Shown: positions 25,900 to 39,469 of the stretch, piece after piece | Layout: each line of letters starts with the position of its first letter | Position numbering within the stretch: the stretch's first letter is position 1 | Source of the DNA: Octopus vulgaris | Lineage: Eukaryota | Assembly: GCA_951406725.2 (NCBI GenBank) | Contig: OX597818.1 | Coordinates: forward strand, 7,254,001-7,318,000 | DNA length: 64,000 nt | Reading direction: 5' to 3' | Program-made: the position numbers and the translations under genes | Notes under the pieces: generated by a model | The model's database searches: none | What the model saw: the letters and a program-made list of their open reading frames with translations, nothing else | Told to the model about the DNA's origin: nothing

Positions 25900-26169
25900 T
25901 TCTAAAGAGATAAACACAGCTATGATGTGTTTGCAAATATACATACTCATACACATATATATGCGTATGTGCGAACTAATTCACTCAGATGCTAACAAAT
26001 CTCAGAAATACTCTTACAACAAAAACACCGTATCACTTTGTTAGGAACCTACTTGAGTCTTGTGTAGAACATTAAAAAATATAAGACTGACGGTATAACG
26101 ATGCACGCATGTATGTGTATGAGTATGTATATTTGCAAACACATCATAGCTGAGTTTATCTCTTTAGAA
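25900..26169. repeat. 58-bp inverted repeat (25900-25957 / 26112-26169)
   Basis: Arms are reverse-complementary with one mismatch. Confidence 0.9.
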
Positions 26170-26170
26170 T

Positions 26171-26346
26171 AAAGGGATCAAGTCGATTATATCGACCCAG
26201 TGCGTAACTGGTACTTAATTTTTCGACCCCGAAAGGATGAAAGGCAAAGTCGACCGCTTTTGAATTTGAACTTAGAACGTAACGGCAGACGAAAAACCAC
26301 TAAGCATTTTCGCCCGGTGTGCTAACGTTTCTGCCAGCGTGCTGCC
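26171..26346 (-). mobile_element. SINE family A copy
   Basis: Reverse complement of the family head and body. Confidence 0.8.
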
Positions 26347-26355
26347 TTAGACGGC

Positions 26356-26444
<89 letters not shown>

Positions 26445-27049
26445 GATCTATCTATCTATCTATCTATCCCTATTAATATATGTTTGAGTATGGATATGTA
26501 TGTATGTATGCATGTATGTATGTATGTATGTATGTATGTATGCATTCTATATGAGTGTGTGTTTGCGTATGTATATATTATAAAAGAGACTTCTACCACC
26601 TAACGATTTCTTGATCGTTCCTCAGAGAAAGCTTACTCCTCCAAAAATGGCTCAGAATTTTCACTTACTTATAAAGCAATAATTTATTAAGTTAGTAGAT
26701 TAACTGAAAACCTAATTTCCATATATTTGTCTTTGAAGTATCATCCGTAATATAAATATATGTATTTGAAGCATACATCAGTGCACTTAGACAATCAATG
26801 GTACAAAATCATGTTTTATTATACGAAATAGCCATAAATTAAAATAGTGCATTAATGGATAGCCAAATTTGCATTTTTGTGTCTTTCATGCCTCGTTGTA
26901 AGTAAACAATATAGATATGAATGTATTTTTCAACGTAGAACTCAGGCTAATTATTAACAAGATTGCAAGCTGCTTTGTTTAGGTGAAAGACAGCTGTTTG
27001 GATTTGTTCTTGTTTGAATTATTTACTGTATATGTGAGATTTGCATAGA

Positions 27050-28276
27050 CAGGGATTGGACAAAATAATGGAAAAATTTAATTAAACATGGGGTAGGACC
27101 ACCTTTGGCAGTAAATACAACTTGAATTCTATGAGGTAAGGACTCGTACGAAGTTTGAATTGTTTCCAAAGGAATTTTTTGTCCATTCTTCAGCTAAAAC
27201 AGTCTCCAGCTTTTGTGGGATGATGGTGGAGGCTATCGACGCCTTACTTGTTTTTCTAAAATGCACCATAAATGTTCAAGAATATCAAGATCTGGGGTCT
27301 GTTGTGGCCAGATAGGATGTTCAACTTCACTAGAATTTTCCTTGTGCCATTCAGTAACAAATTTAGCTGTGTGAATTGGTGCATTATCATCCTGAAAGAT
27401 TGCGTTTCCTTCCGGAAACAGTTCCGAAACCATAGGATGAATTTGATACGAATAAATGCTTAAATAGTCTTGACTGTTAATTCTGCCATGAAAGGAGACT
27501 GTTGGGCCGGCGGATTTCCAAGGTATAGCCTCCCAGAACATCACAGATCCTCGTTCATGTTTCACAGTTGGAAGAATGCAGTCTGGGTCAAATTCATGTT
27601 TTGGCTGTCCACACGTATACTCGGCTTGTTGTCTGAAATAAGGTAAAGGATGACTCGTCCGAGAAAATAACATTCTTCCACTGCTCTAGAGACCAATTCT
27701 GTAGATTTCTACTCCACTCTAAACGCTTTGCAATATTTGTTTTTGAAAGTAGTCGTTTTTTAATTGCGGCCCTCCTGGGAAATCCGGCTTTGTGCAGTCC
27801 CCTGCGAACAGTTTTTTGTGGAAACTGGATTCTCGAGGTGGTCATTAAGCCATGCAGTAATTTTGGGAGATGTACCCTTTCTAACAATTCACGTAAGCAT
27901 CCTTCGGTCCCTATCTGAAAGTTTTAGTTTTCTTCAGGACTTTTGTGTCGACGAGGAGGTTTTCCCACTTTCTCAAAGGCTGTCATTACTTTCGAGACAG
28001 TACTTCTTGATACACGAAGCATTTCGGCTGTTTACGTTATGCTAGCGCCTGCCATATTAGCACAAACAATTTGAACTCTTTGAAAGTCCGATAGTCTGTC
28101 ATTGTATTGAATTTTAATAACCTTTTATGATGATATCTGAAAAGAAACAGCAATTTTAGCAAAACAACAACACTTATAATAAATCAAAAAACATAAAAAT
28201 AAACAAGTTTTTGACAGTTTTATAGATATTTCAAAATTATGATGCTAGGTGTCTCCATTATTTTGTCCAAATCCTG
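27050..28276 (-). mobile_element. Tc1-like (DD34E) DNA transposon with frameshifted transposase
   Basis: TIRs CAGGGATTGGACAAAATAATGGA / TCCATTATTTTGTCCAAATCCTG followed by TA; motifs WKNVIFSDES, FQDDNAPIH, WPQQTPDLDILEHLW in ORFs 27594-27887 and 27233-27673. Confidence 0.92.
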
Positions 28277-28799
28277 TATGTGTGAGAGTGGATTAACTTG
28301 CACAAGTGTAAAATGTTTTGTACATCATTGTACTTTATGTGTCTCTGTGCTATTGTATTCCATATATATATATTGCGATTTGTGCACATGCTCAATGAGT
28401 AACGTCAAGTAGATAATATCAAAAAATAGTTTACAAATTTGCACCATGTGACTAAATAATTGTATTTGGATAATCAGGATTTGTTTGATCTGTTTCTTTT
28501 CTAGGGGACACAAGTAGTTCTAAATTGTTGTATGTATGAATACTTGAAATGACTCACCTACGTTGACTGTAGAAGAGGATTATTGAATTTTAAGCAGAAA
28601 CATATTTATGTAGCATTTCCACCAATATAATAGATATTTTCATTGCATGAAGACTAAAATAATTTCTGTTAAACTACTGAAGGATAAATCTAACGCAAGT
28701 ATAAACGGCAGAATAAATTTAGAAGATTTATTATGGTTAAACATAATGACACGCAATGTAGAGTAGCCTGAGGAAAATCAAGTTTATACTTAATAGATA

Positions 28800-29290
28800 C
28801 AAAAGTATTTTCGACACGTAGTAACCCTCTTTCTATTTATTCATGGAAAGAAACAAAGAAATACATATCTGATGATGAAGCAATATATATATAATTATTT
28901 CTCATGAATGTTGTTGGGTCTTTCGAAATGTTGGCTTTGAGAGATTTAAGAAATGCATTATCCTTTTTTCTTTATGACTACACTTTCTTGCTTTCTCGCT
29001 TTCTCGTGATACCTCCCATACAAACATTCGATTCTTAGCATTGTAGACAGTGCTTACAGAGGTCCTGACAGTCCCAGCAACACGTCTAGTTGCAACCCCG
29101 GCACCAAGCAAATCTGCAATGCGTTGTCTGTTGGCTTCTTAAGTGGACATGCTAAATCGTATGACTGGAACTTCTGCTTAACTGAGCTTCCACCTTGATA
29201 TAGAAAACAATATTCTAGTATTTACACTCAGGAATATATGAAAAATAAGGCTTCCAACATATTCCAAGTTTAGCTTCCCCACCCTCTATA
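28800..29290 (-). mobile_element. Tc1/mariner-superfamily remnant (N-terminal HTH only)
   Basis: QRIADLLGAGVATRRVAGTVRTSVSTVYNAKNR, an HTH-like translation. Confidence 0.45.
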
Positions 29291-30231
29291 TATATAAGTA
29301 TACACAAGACAATCGCAATAAATACGTGAATTAGGGCATCTGTATATATATATTTTTTATTTCTACCGTCATCTGTACGGCATATTTGGTTTTAAATCTG
29401 TCCGAAACATGTTTATCCTTGATAGACAACTAGCAATAGCATTTACATCCAGTTACTTTTGACTGGTTATTAGTTTATGCAAATTTATTCAAGGTTCGTT
29501 CACTAACGTGGTTCGAAGTGTACGTAAATTTCACCAGTGTTATTTTGCTAAATTAATATAGCTTTTGAGTAATAAGAATGTGAACAGAAGATTTGAAAAT
29601 CTGGTATCAGCGAGACCCTATCTTGAACTTAAGTTTAATGCTCGAATTCGCAATACCGAGACCTTTAATTTGGTCAAAGTATATTTTTAAAAACCCTCGC
29701 CTTAGGTGGATTATGAATTAGTGATCTACAGATATTGTGTGCAATTCCAGTGTGGCTAGATGTAATTAAATATATGGATATATGAAAAGCTAACATGTGA
29801 GGCCAATTCGAATTTTTTTCTTTCTATAATTCAAGATTTAAATTATATGCAGTTTCATGGTAAATATCAAATGCAAAGAACTGGTTTGCTTATATAAATA
29901 GCAAACAGTATTGTCCATAACTAAAACTACATATTTTAAAGATTCTTGCAACATATACAGAGGACGACGAAATATCTGTCTATTTTATGTATTATTCTGT
30001 AAAAACTATCATAAGATGGTAAAAACTTACCATCGCAAGCTGGGTAATGCAACCAGGTGTTTGTAAATTTCACTAGTGACTGTGTTTGATTTCGTACTAC
30101 TTGGAGTTCAATACAGATTCTTTTGTTTGACAGGTGCATTTTATGTGTAGAGAGCTTAAGTATTTCACCCGGGTAACTAATTCCTATCAATTCCTCTTTG
30201 TTTTGATAAGTACACACACACAAACACACAG

Positions 30232-30270
<39 letters not shown>

Positions 30271-30754
30271 TACACATACACACACATACAAACACATACG
30301 CGCGCACACGCAAACACACACACACGGAATAATTCAGAACTATAGGACAACGAAATTCACCCATACACAACAGAAATACTATATTTCTACCAACTTAAAC
30401 ATATTCTCCTGTGTACATATAGTTGAAAATATGTTTTTTTATATCCTGGTGCTGGATATATAATTTAACGAAGCGGAGAGAAGGAGGGTATTTGCACGAC
30501 GCAATGCGCTCTCTGACAACGGCTCACAGTTAATTGCTTACTAATCAAAGGCTCATATATATTACTGACAACTCGACAGTTGTCTATTTTATAGATATAT
30601 GTCAGTCCACTTTCTAGTCAAATGAGGGTGGTCGGAATCCTTTCAAAATCTCCCCTTTTCAGAATTAGTCTCCCCTAACTACTCCTCTTTCCAGATTCAA
30701 ACTCCGCCCATAGTTTTAATATCTCTTATGCTTAGTGTTCAATTCCAGTCTTTA

Positions 30755-30960
30755 TTATATGTGGACCAAAGATGGTGCTCCTGCTCATTCGGCAAAGAAA
30801 GTGCAAAAATTCTGCGAAGACCTTTGGCCTGCAAAATTCTGAACTTCTTCCAGTCCAGACTTGAAGACCTTAGACTGTACCGTATAGGGAAAATTGGAGC
30901 ACTCTACCAAAAGAACTTCGCATCCAATTGTTGATCATCTCAGGAAAATCCTGAGGGAAG
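30755..30960 (+). mobile_element. Degenerate DDxD (maT/DD37D-like) transposase fragment
   Basis: YMWTKDGAPAHSAKKVQKFC...SSPDL..LD motifs across frameshifts. Confidence 0.6.
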
Positions 30961-32677
30961 AGTAGGGCAACCTGTTGGTACCTCACACATGTCGTACAAT
31001 ACGTCCATGGGGATTTCATTTCTCGTGACTGTAGTTTCAGTGAATCTTTTTTTGAAGTTGGTTAATATGTCTTTTATGTTCGACATTTTTTTCCTTTTAC
31101 GAGGAATAACATTATTTCAATATTTTCGAACACATATTTTATGTGCTCTACATGTTGGTCCCAACATTAGCTTTTGATGATTATATTCTCCAGATATGGT
31201 ACTGCGAATTCACAGTCCACTAACATTGCATCCATAATCTGTTGGTCAGAATCCTTCCACAACAATTTTCAACCCAGTTGCAAGCTGTGTCCGAGCTATG
31301 ATATCTCAGGTACTAAACATTGTAGCTTAATTGGGTGTTCTTTTAAGAAGCTCTGCTTAATCATAAAAAAAACAATTTAATACATATATCACAAACTGCA
31401 AACAGACTTAAATATAGCAGTCTGTTCCTCACCCCGACCCCTAAAAAACAAAGAATGGCATATTGGATAATGCAGTCCTCGATACACTATTTATTGCTAT
31501 GTCCTTAACTGGATTTGATCATCAGTCTACGATTAGTGCGAACCCAGATTTTTAAAACAAGAGCAATAACAATAAACCCTCTCATTATATTATAGTCAGC
31601 ATACTTTCAAAAGTAATTACATTAAAATGCAAGAACATAACTTAGTAATATCTAAATGACTCCATTCACTATTGCAGTACGCGTAAAATAGTTTAAAAGC
31701 GATGTTAAAATAATGTTTAGTGAGTTTAACGAAATGAACAGGCTGCAGTCAAAAGTTGAACTGTCTATCTCTCCTGTGGGTATATTCGACTAGTTTACGG
31801 TGTTCGCCAGCTTGATGACTGGTGGGCTATTTACATTAATTTTTTTCTATTTACTTTTGAAACCTCTTTATTCATTAAGAAATCTAAAATTTTATACACA
31901 CGATTCATTAACCTTTATTCAAAGAATAGTTTCTTCGAGCTTATATGTATGCAGGAGTGTGTGTGTATGTGGCGGTGGGGGTCGAGTAAATTAAGGATTA
32001 TCGATCCTTAGTAATAAAATATTTCTGCCCTGCTAGCATTAAATTTGAATATTTTTCTCCCCGTAAACGTCAATGATAAATCTTCCACTTAAAAGAACAC
32101 CGCACATGTAATCAAAACGTCATTAATTGCACGCTGGCTACTTCATAAAATCTTATATAGATTTTATCCTTATATCTTATTTATGAAAATTAAACAGGAA
32201 TATATTCAGTGCTGAATTATTCCGATTATGCACATGCGGCTGAAATGAGAAAGAAAGAGAATCCCTTTCATGGATATATAAGTGTGAACATTGGTATATG
32301 CTCTGCTGGACGCGCTTGTGTTCGCCATATATAGTTGTTTATGTTTATATTTTTCTGGTTATGTTCGTAGTGATGAATGGAGAGCACGTTATACATGTTG
32401 ACCATGACATCATTAATGATATAATACTAAACTTTATGTTCCATCCCTGTGTATATTTATTGAAGTAGCTTGACTTTAGAGTCCCAATACAGAAGTGTTG
32501 CTTTACTTATAGTAAGAGCCCTTGATATAATAATGTATTTTATATATAAGGAAAAAATTATACACATCGTATTAATTTTTTCCTTAATTAGTCTTGCACG
32601 TTGGCTACTTGATAAAATCTTATATAGATTACATCTTTGTATTATATACATACATGCATACATACACACACACACAC

Positions 32678-32717
<40 letters not shown>

Positions 32718-33018
32718 AAGTGTTTGCTATGGACTCTCCCATCGTTAGATGACGTATGTGGGTTCCACAGTTTCTTACCAAACAACCACACAGATGATTT
32801 GTTTGTAGTGATCAAATGTTTGTGTACACATAAGTTCACCCCCTCCATCAAATCGACATTACCTGTACAGGTGCAAGGGGTGCCATATATCCGATGACGA
32901 AATTATCGCAGAGCAACGTGAAATGAAATGACTTGCTCAAGAACACAACGAACCCACAATCTCGCAATCGTGAGTGCAACACCTTAACCACTGAGCCATC
33001 TACTTTCACCATGGTTGA

Positions 33019-33336
33019 AGGTGCGTGGCTTAGTTGTAAGGGTATTCGGCTAAAGATCATAAGGTCATGAGTTTAATTCCCGGCGACGCATTGTGTTCTT
33101 GAGCAAGACACTATATTTCATGTTGCTGCAGTTCACTCAACTAGCAAAAATGAGTAGTATCTGTATTTCGAAGGGCCAGCCTTGTCACACTCTGTGTCTC
33201 GCTGAATTCTCCTGAGAACTACGTTAAGGCTACGCGAGTCTGTGGAATGCTCAGCCACTTGCACGTTAATTTCACGAGAGCAAGTTTTCCGTTGATCCGA
33301 ACGACTGGAACCCTGGACGTCGTAACCGATGGAGTC
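33019..33336 (+). mobile_element. tRNA-derived SINE (third family)
   Basis: TGGCTTAGTTGTAAG A-box-like and GAGTTTAATTCCC B-box-like motifs, then a GTGTTCTTGAGCAAGACAC core. Confidence 0.6.
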
Positions 33337-34448
33337 GCATATATATATATTACACGTTTTAGTCATTTAACTAAGGCCATGCTGGACCACCGCTCTTAGT
33401 CGATGAAATCGACCCCAGGAATTATTCTTTGTAAGACGAGAACTTATTCTATCGATCTTTTTTGCATGTAAGTGTACATATATAAAGAGACAAAGAAGCA
33501 GAGGCATGTATATATATTTATTTATCTATCTAGCTTCCTCTTTCTCTCTCTCTTCCGCTCTCTCTTTCTCTCTCCTCCCCCTCTCTCTCTCTCTCTCTTT
33601 ATATATATATATGTGTGTGTGTGTGTCTGTGTGTGTGTCTGTGTGTGTGTATACATATACATACATATATATTCAGAATATACAGGATATTTTATAATCT
33701 ATAAAGAAAATAAACTTGACTTTTTTAAGGTAGGTCAGCCATAAATTCCAATATGACATTCAACATGGAAAATGATTTTGCGTTCTATAAATCGACAAGG
33801 ACATTGAAAAGGGTCAAAATCTGCATGTAGACAACCCCAAACTAGAAAATAAGAAAACAAGATTTGTAGAATGAAAATAATCTATATGAAACCTACTATA
33901 TATTGTGATAAATATTAGATAATTTCAAAATCATTATTGAAAGAAGCCTGCAAGTAAGTATATTCAATAATGAACCATTACCACAATTTCAATTCGAAAA
34001 GAATTAGAATTGGATGGTTTCCTAGTTACTTATAATATCTAGTGGCAGGCTAATAGATATTTTTATTGGCTACAATAAATGTAATAAAGCCTTAGAAAAG
34101 TAACCTAACAATAGCCTGCAGGCATATATCCATCATTGCCAGCTCTGACGACACATAATTAACATCATTATATTGAAAATCTTCTTGATCAATGCAAATT
34201 TTTCTCAATAATAACCAAGTCATATTTGTCGATAATAATAGGCCTAAATATACAAAAATGTTATTGCCAGCAGTAAAATATATTTAAAGACAAAAATTAC
34301 TTGAATACCTAATGGACTCATAGTTTCAATAACTTACTCTATATTCACACAATCTTAATACGCACACATACTCAAACACGCGCATATTTACCTCTTGGTA
34401 TGTGTGTGTGTGTGCGTGCGTGTGTGTGTGTGTATGTGCGCGTGTGTG

Positions 34449-34492
<44 letters not shown>

Positions 34493-36990
34493 CAAAACTA
34501 TATCTTCATCTCTTGGTTTTATGAAAGAATATTCTAGAATAGGACTACCCATATCTATTGCAGTTTTACTCGTAGTCACGTGATAAATGCAGAACGGAAA
34601 GGCTCAGTGTTGCTGTGTCATTGTTCTTTATGTTATGCTATTGTCAAGGACAATCCTGCATGCATTCTACAAAGAGAAGACAATGTTGAATACTGTGGCA
34701 CCAGGAATGTTTGAGATGGTTAATGTGACAGTAATGATGGACCCATAAGAAAAAAAGAAACTTTATCTTTTGCTAAGTGCTCCACTGTCCCGATGGCCAA
34801 TGGTTACCGTGCCATTGATACTATCTTGTACAGACAATGATCCTGCCTCATAAGAACAAGGCCTGCCAAGTCTAGATATAGTTCTAACAGCACGGTCACA
34901 TTGATGTTACTCTTCAGGTTTTGGAGAGATTCGTTGTTTCAATGTTTTGAACGAGATTACCTGATTTATGTGTCTGTTGAGCTTGTTTCGTATAGAGCCC
35001 TATTCATATAAAATACGTATTCATAATAATGTTCTCTTTAGTAACGCATTCATCTTCGCTTTAAACGTTTCTGTTTTTCATTTCTTTAATCATATATCCA
35101 TGCAAGTCGACGTATTTGTATTTGTGTGAATTTGACTGTGCATGAATGAGTGTATTTTCTTGGAAATATGTGAATATATATGTGCGATGTGGACTTTGCA
35201 GTTTTTATGATTGTGATAAAATTTCAAATTTCATACAATCTCAAATTTTATGAAATATACTGTTGTGGAGATGCCATTAGTCTAAGCGATAAGTATATCG
35301 TAACTGAATTGAACTTGTCTGAAAAAAAAAAACTGAAATGGTTATGACCTTCAACGACTACGTGTTTATACAATCAAGACACTCTCGATCTGTCTCAACA
35401 ATGAAAACAGGAAAGGACACCCAACCAATATACAATTAAATTAAACAATCATGCGAAAATATTTAAAACTATCAGGTATTATATTTTTCGATGTTTTTCG
35501 TTTTCTTCCAACCACAAATTTTTTCTGAAAATTTTCAAAAAATGTACTTTTGGTATATTTTTGCATTCTTATGACAGGTATCGCATTTACTATTTTGCAA
35601 AATTTATAATAGAGAAGTAAGAAGGATTTAAGTTTACATATTGTTAGACAATTGATTTCAAGACAGTGTCTTTTTAGCGGAAGTCGAAACTGTTTGTTAT
35701 AGCAACCCCAGTTTATCATTGTTTACTCATACTGTTGTGGGGAAAACATTGACAACTACTAGGTTTCTAAGGATGATTTAGTTGACTATAGAATTTGTGT
35801 ACGGGAGATCTGAACAGAAAGTTTCATTTTCCAAAATTTGTATATGGTTCCGTGGATACAGCGATACACTGGAGTTGCCAAACACTGGAGTTTCGCTTGT
35901 GAAGCTGGACTTATTTCATTGGCTAAAACTATATAACTTTAATTGCCTCTAACTTCTTTACTATTCATTTTCTCTCAAAATTGAATGCGATATTCGTCAT
36001 CAGCATGCGAAATTACATGTATGTTTAAAATTTGGAAACAATCAACTGAGAATTGAAAGATTTTCAAGGAGTTAGAAGTAAACGAAAAAAATCCATGTTT
36101 TTTTTCCAGTTTTTAATCTCTGATGACTTGATTTTATGTTGTTGTAACTCAAGAGCGTCATTATGCTAATAAGAAACACAGGCATTGGTACAGTTTTGCT
36201 TCCTCGTTATTAGTCAACTCGTTAAGCATTTGACACATAAATTAATAGTCTACTTGATTAATTGTTCGGACATTCAATCTATCAATCAGCTACATTCACC
36301 AGATCTATTTCATTGCCATTTCGCGACGCGCATTTGCTAAACCTTAATTTATCATAAAGAGAACCCCATCCACTCGAACTGCAACAAAAGCTATTTCACC
36401 ACACTATTTTGCATAAAGAAACATGCAAAGTAAATAGAAAACCAAAAAAAAATGTTTTATTTGATCTTGCATAATATATAAATATCTCAGTATAAAAACT
36501 CTATATTTTAATTAGTACAGAACAACCAAAGACGTATAACTTTATTTTTTAAAAAACGTTCTATACCTATCTCAGATTATCTGTTGATATCGACTTTGGA
36601 CCTCAATAGATTTAGACAACAGTGTCCGCTCCCATCTAGAGGATTCTATCACAAGCTACTATGATCCCGTTGTAGCTATCTGTGTTAAATCTCCTCAAGT
36701 TGTATACACCCATATTCTTGCATCTATATCTTTATCTTCAACCTATGTTTCCTTGCAATTCCGTGGTTCAAACAGCAGACTTTTTAGGGTACGTACATTT
36801 ACATTTGGAAATTAATGTGCCTGACTATGTTACCATAATTAGGATAAGTTGGATTTCAAGATTCTTGACAACCCCGAATTCGGTGTGTATCTACCCTACG
36901 TCTATACTGGCATGGTATTCACTAATTACACACACACACACACACACACGCACACACACACACACGCACACACACATATATATATATATA

Positions 36991-37720
36991 TGGTTCAAAT
37001 TTACAGAAAGCAAAAGACAAAGACAGGTGCAGGAACAACAAGTAGGTGTATTAGTTTAACGTTCGGAAAGAATAGTAAAGTCTTTTACGTTTCGAGCCTA
37101 CGGTCTTCGACAGAAGGGATTAAGAGGGGGAAAAATGAGAGAGAATGAAAATAAACGAAAAAGGAGAGAGAAGAAACGTGTAGCGATTAACGGTTCAACG
37201 TTATGTAACAGCCAAAAGAGAGAGGATGAATGTCAGGGAGATAATGACGGTGACCCGGTCAAACGAATTTACTCCCGCGCGCGAAGGTGTATGAGAAAAT
37301 GGTGTGTGTGAGTATATATGAATGGGGGTGAGTATGTAAGTTTCTGCGGGCGAAAGTTATCTGTCTATGCGTTTTGCGTGCGTTTATGCTTGTTGCATGC
37401 ATGTCTATATATTGTCTGTGCTCAGGTATTATGTACTTGTGTGGGGTGTGTAAAGAGGTGACGCTATTGAAGTGTGTGTTTGGATATGTGGATTATGGCG
37501 TATCCTGCCGCAAAATTTTGTTTGAAAGTAGTGTTTGTCCAGGAATTACTCCGTGGGAATTTTTAGAAAAATTTCAACAATATTGTTCCTCTCAAAATTG
37601 GAATGATTTTTTTAAATGTTTAACAATTGCGTTAAAATTTTGGCCTGGAGTACCGAGTGGCCTTTGCTCTGTCTTGAACTGTTGTTCTTTCTTCACCTAT
37701 AATTTATTTTTTAAAAAACT
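36991..37720 (-). mobile_element. Penelope-like element 3' remnant with hammerhead-like motif
   Basis: 36991-37120 is homologous to 20840-20970; upstream is decayed coding-like sequence (weak). Confidence 0.45.
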
Positions 37721-37879
37721 CTTTCTTGAACTCTTTTACTCATATAGTTGTTTCAGTCATTTGACTGCGGGCATGCCGGAGCGCCGCCTTTAGTCGTGCA
37801 AATCGACCCCAGGACTTATTCTTTGTAAGGCTAGTACTTATTCTATCGGTCTCTTTTGCCAAACCAATATATATATATA

Positions 37880-38399
37880 TATATTATATAAAATCCGTTC
37901 TGTCTGTCTCTGTGTGTGTCTTCTACGATCTCGGGCATCCTCCATCCGATTGCGCTCAAATTTGATATGTAGATACCGACGGTATTGAGGCGTGTATAAA
38001 TCTTGAAAAATTACAAAAATCGATTCCAGGTGAGAATGTGATTGATAAAGCCGTGGGAACGTGAATTTGTACGCGCAAGTACATCAGCTGTTGCGAGCAA
38101 TACTACGCGTACGCGAGAAAAATGCAGGCTTGAAATAATGCCTCAAAATGCAGTATATTTAAGAGACCAAAACAGTAAGATGCAAAATAGATATTTTCTT
38201 CAAACTTGGCCTGAAGGAAAGAAAGACTATTTGCTTTCTCAAAAATATTTTTTTTTTTTGCCTGAACTTCGTTTAACAAAATCAAAAATTTTATTGAAAT
38301 AAAGGCATGCTTAATTATTTGTTAATGAAAAGAAAACACTGATAGCTTTTTATTCAACAGATACGATTCAGCACAGTCCATTGGACGGGGGGGTGCTCG

Positions 38400-38400
<1 letters not shown>
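37880..38400 (+). mobile_element. Non-autonomous Helitron-like element
   Basis: 5' TATATAAAA...CTGTCTGTC...CTACGAT similar to the 55384 element; 3' hairpin GTCCATTGGAC and end GCTCGT (degenerate CTAG-T). Confidence 0.5.
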
Positions 38401-38435
<35 letters not shown>

Positions 38436-38592
38436 CTACGAGCTTCTTTTAGTTTCCGTCTACCAGCTTCACTCACATGGTTTTGGTCGGCCCGAGGCTA
38501 TAGTAGCAGACACTTGCCGAAGGTGCCACGCAGTGGGAATAAACCCAGAACCATGCGGTTGGTAAGCAAGCTACTTACCACACAGCCACTCT

Positions 38593-39332
38593 GGATCTTT
38601 TCGGTTTGAACGGCAGTTTTTAACATAATTTCTAGGTAACTAAAAAATTTTAAACTTCATACTGGTAGAATGTGTTTATAAAACATACTTTTCTCTTGGC
38701 TTTATTGAGAAAATTCTGTAGTTTGTAAGATATTTGGTCTTTAATTTCTTCAATTTCGGCAATTTCAACCAATCATTGGCGTCTATTGAGTTAAAAAGCA
38801 TTCTGTGCCGTATGAATATGTCCATCTTTTAAGAAACAGATTGGATTTATTTACATTTGTGAAGAAAAAAAGATACCCTTCCCCCACCCCTAACCCTAAC
38901 CCTAACCCTAACTAACCCTAACTAACCCTAAATCTAAAATAGATTGAAATGCAATAGATCGATTCTAGGGTCATCATCATGGGTGACAATTTCATATGAC
39001 ACGGCTAGAAAAAACGGCAGGGTTAGGGTTATGGGTGGGGAGAAGGGTATCTTTTTTTCTTCACAAATGTAAATAAACCCAATCTGTTTCTTAAACGAGG
39101 GACATATTAATACGGCACAGAATGTTTTCACCTCAAGAGACGGTCATTGATTGGTTGAAATTGCCGAAATGCAAAAAATTAAAGGCCAAATATTTTACAA
39201 ACTATAGAATTTTCTCAATAAAGCCAAGAGAAAAAGATGTTTTATAAACACATTCTACCAGTATACGAAGTTTAAAATTTTTTAGTTACCTAGAAATTAT
39301 GTTAAAAACTGCCGTTCAAACCGAAAAGATTT
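38593..39332. mobile_element. Foldback MITE with about 310-bp TIRs and central telomere-type repeats
   Basis: GGATCTTTTCGGTTTGAACGGCAG... / ...CTGCCGTTCAAACCGAAAAGATTT; imperfect 8-bp TSD GCCACTCT / CCCACTCC; (CCCTAA)n at about 38888-38932. Confidence 0.9.
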
Positions 39333-39469
39333 CCCACTCCTGCGCCTTACTGTTAAATTTTTATTCCTTCCATTTCGTTTGGACATTTTTCTCTTACTTC
39401 TTTTTCCTTAATTATTTTGAATTTTAAGAACTGTATTTTTGGACTCTTTAAAAAAAGAAGGTAAATGAC

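Larger units (their letters stand above)
37735..39347 (-). mobile_element. SINE family B copy split by two later insertions
   Basis: Tail 37735-37865, body 38435-38592 and head 39333-39347 together match the less disrupted copies at 46126-46545 and 40860-41310. Confidence 0.75.

Noticed and set aside
34564-34714. Possible Cys-rich terminal exon after TTGCAG (FTRSHV...LCHCSLCY...EYCGTRNV*)
   Set aside because: No recognisable family or partner exons; would need RNA-seq
38888-38932. Telomere or chromosome fusion site
   Set aside because: Only a few units, and they lie inside a MITE
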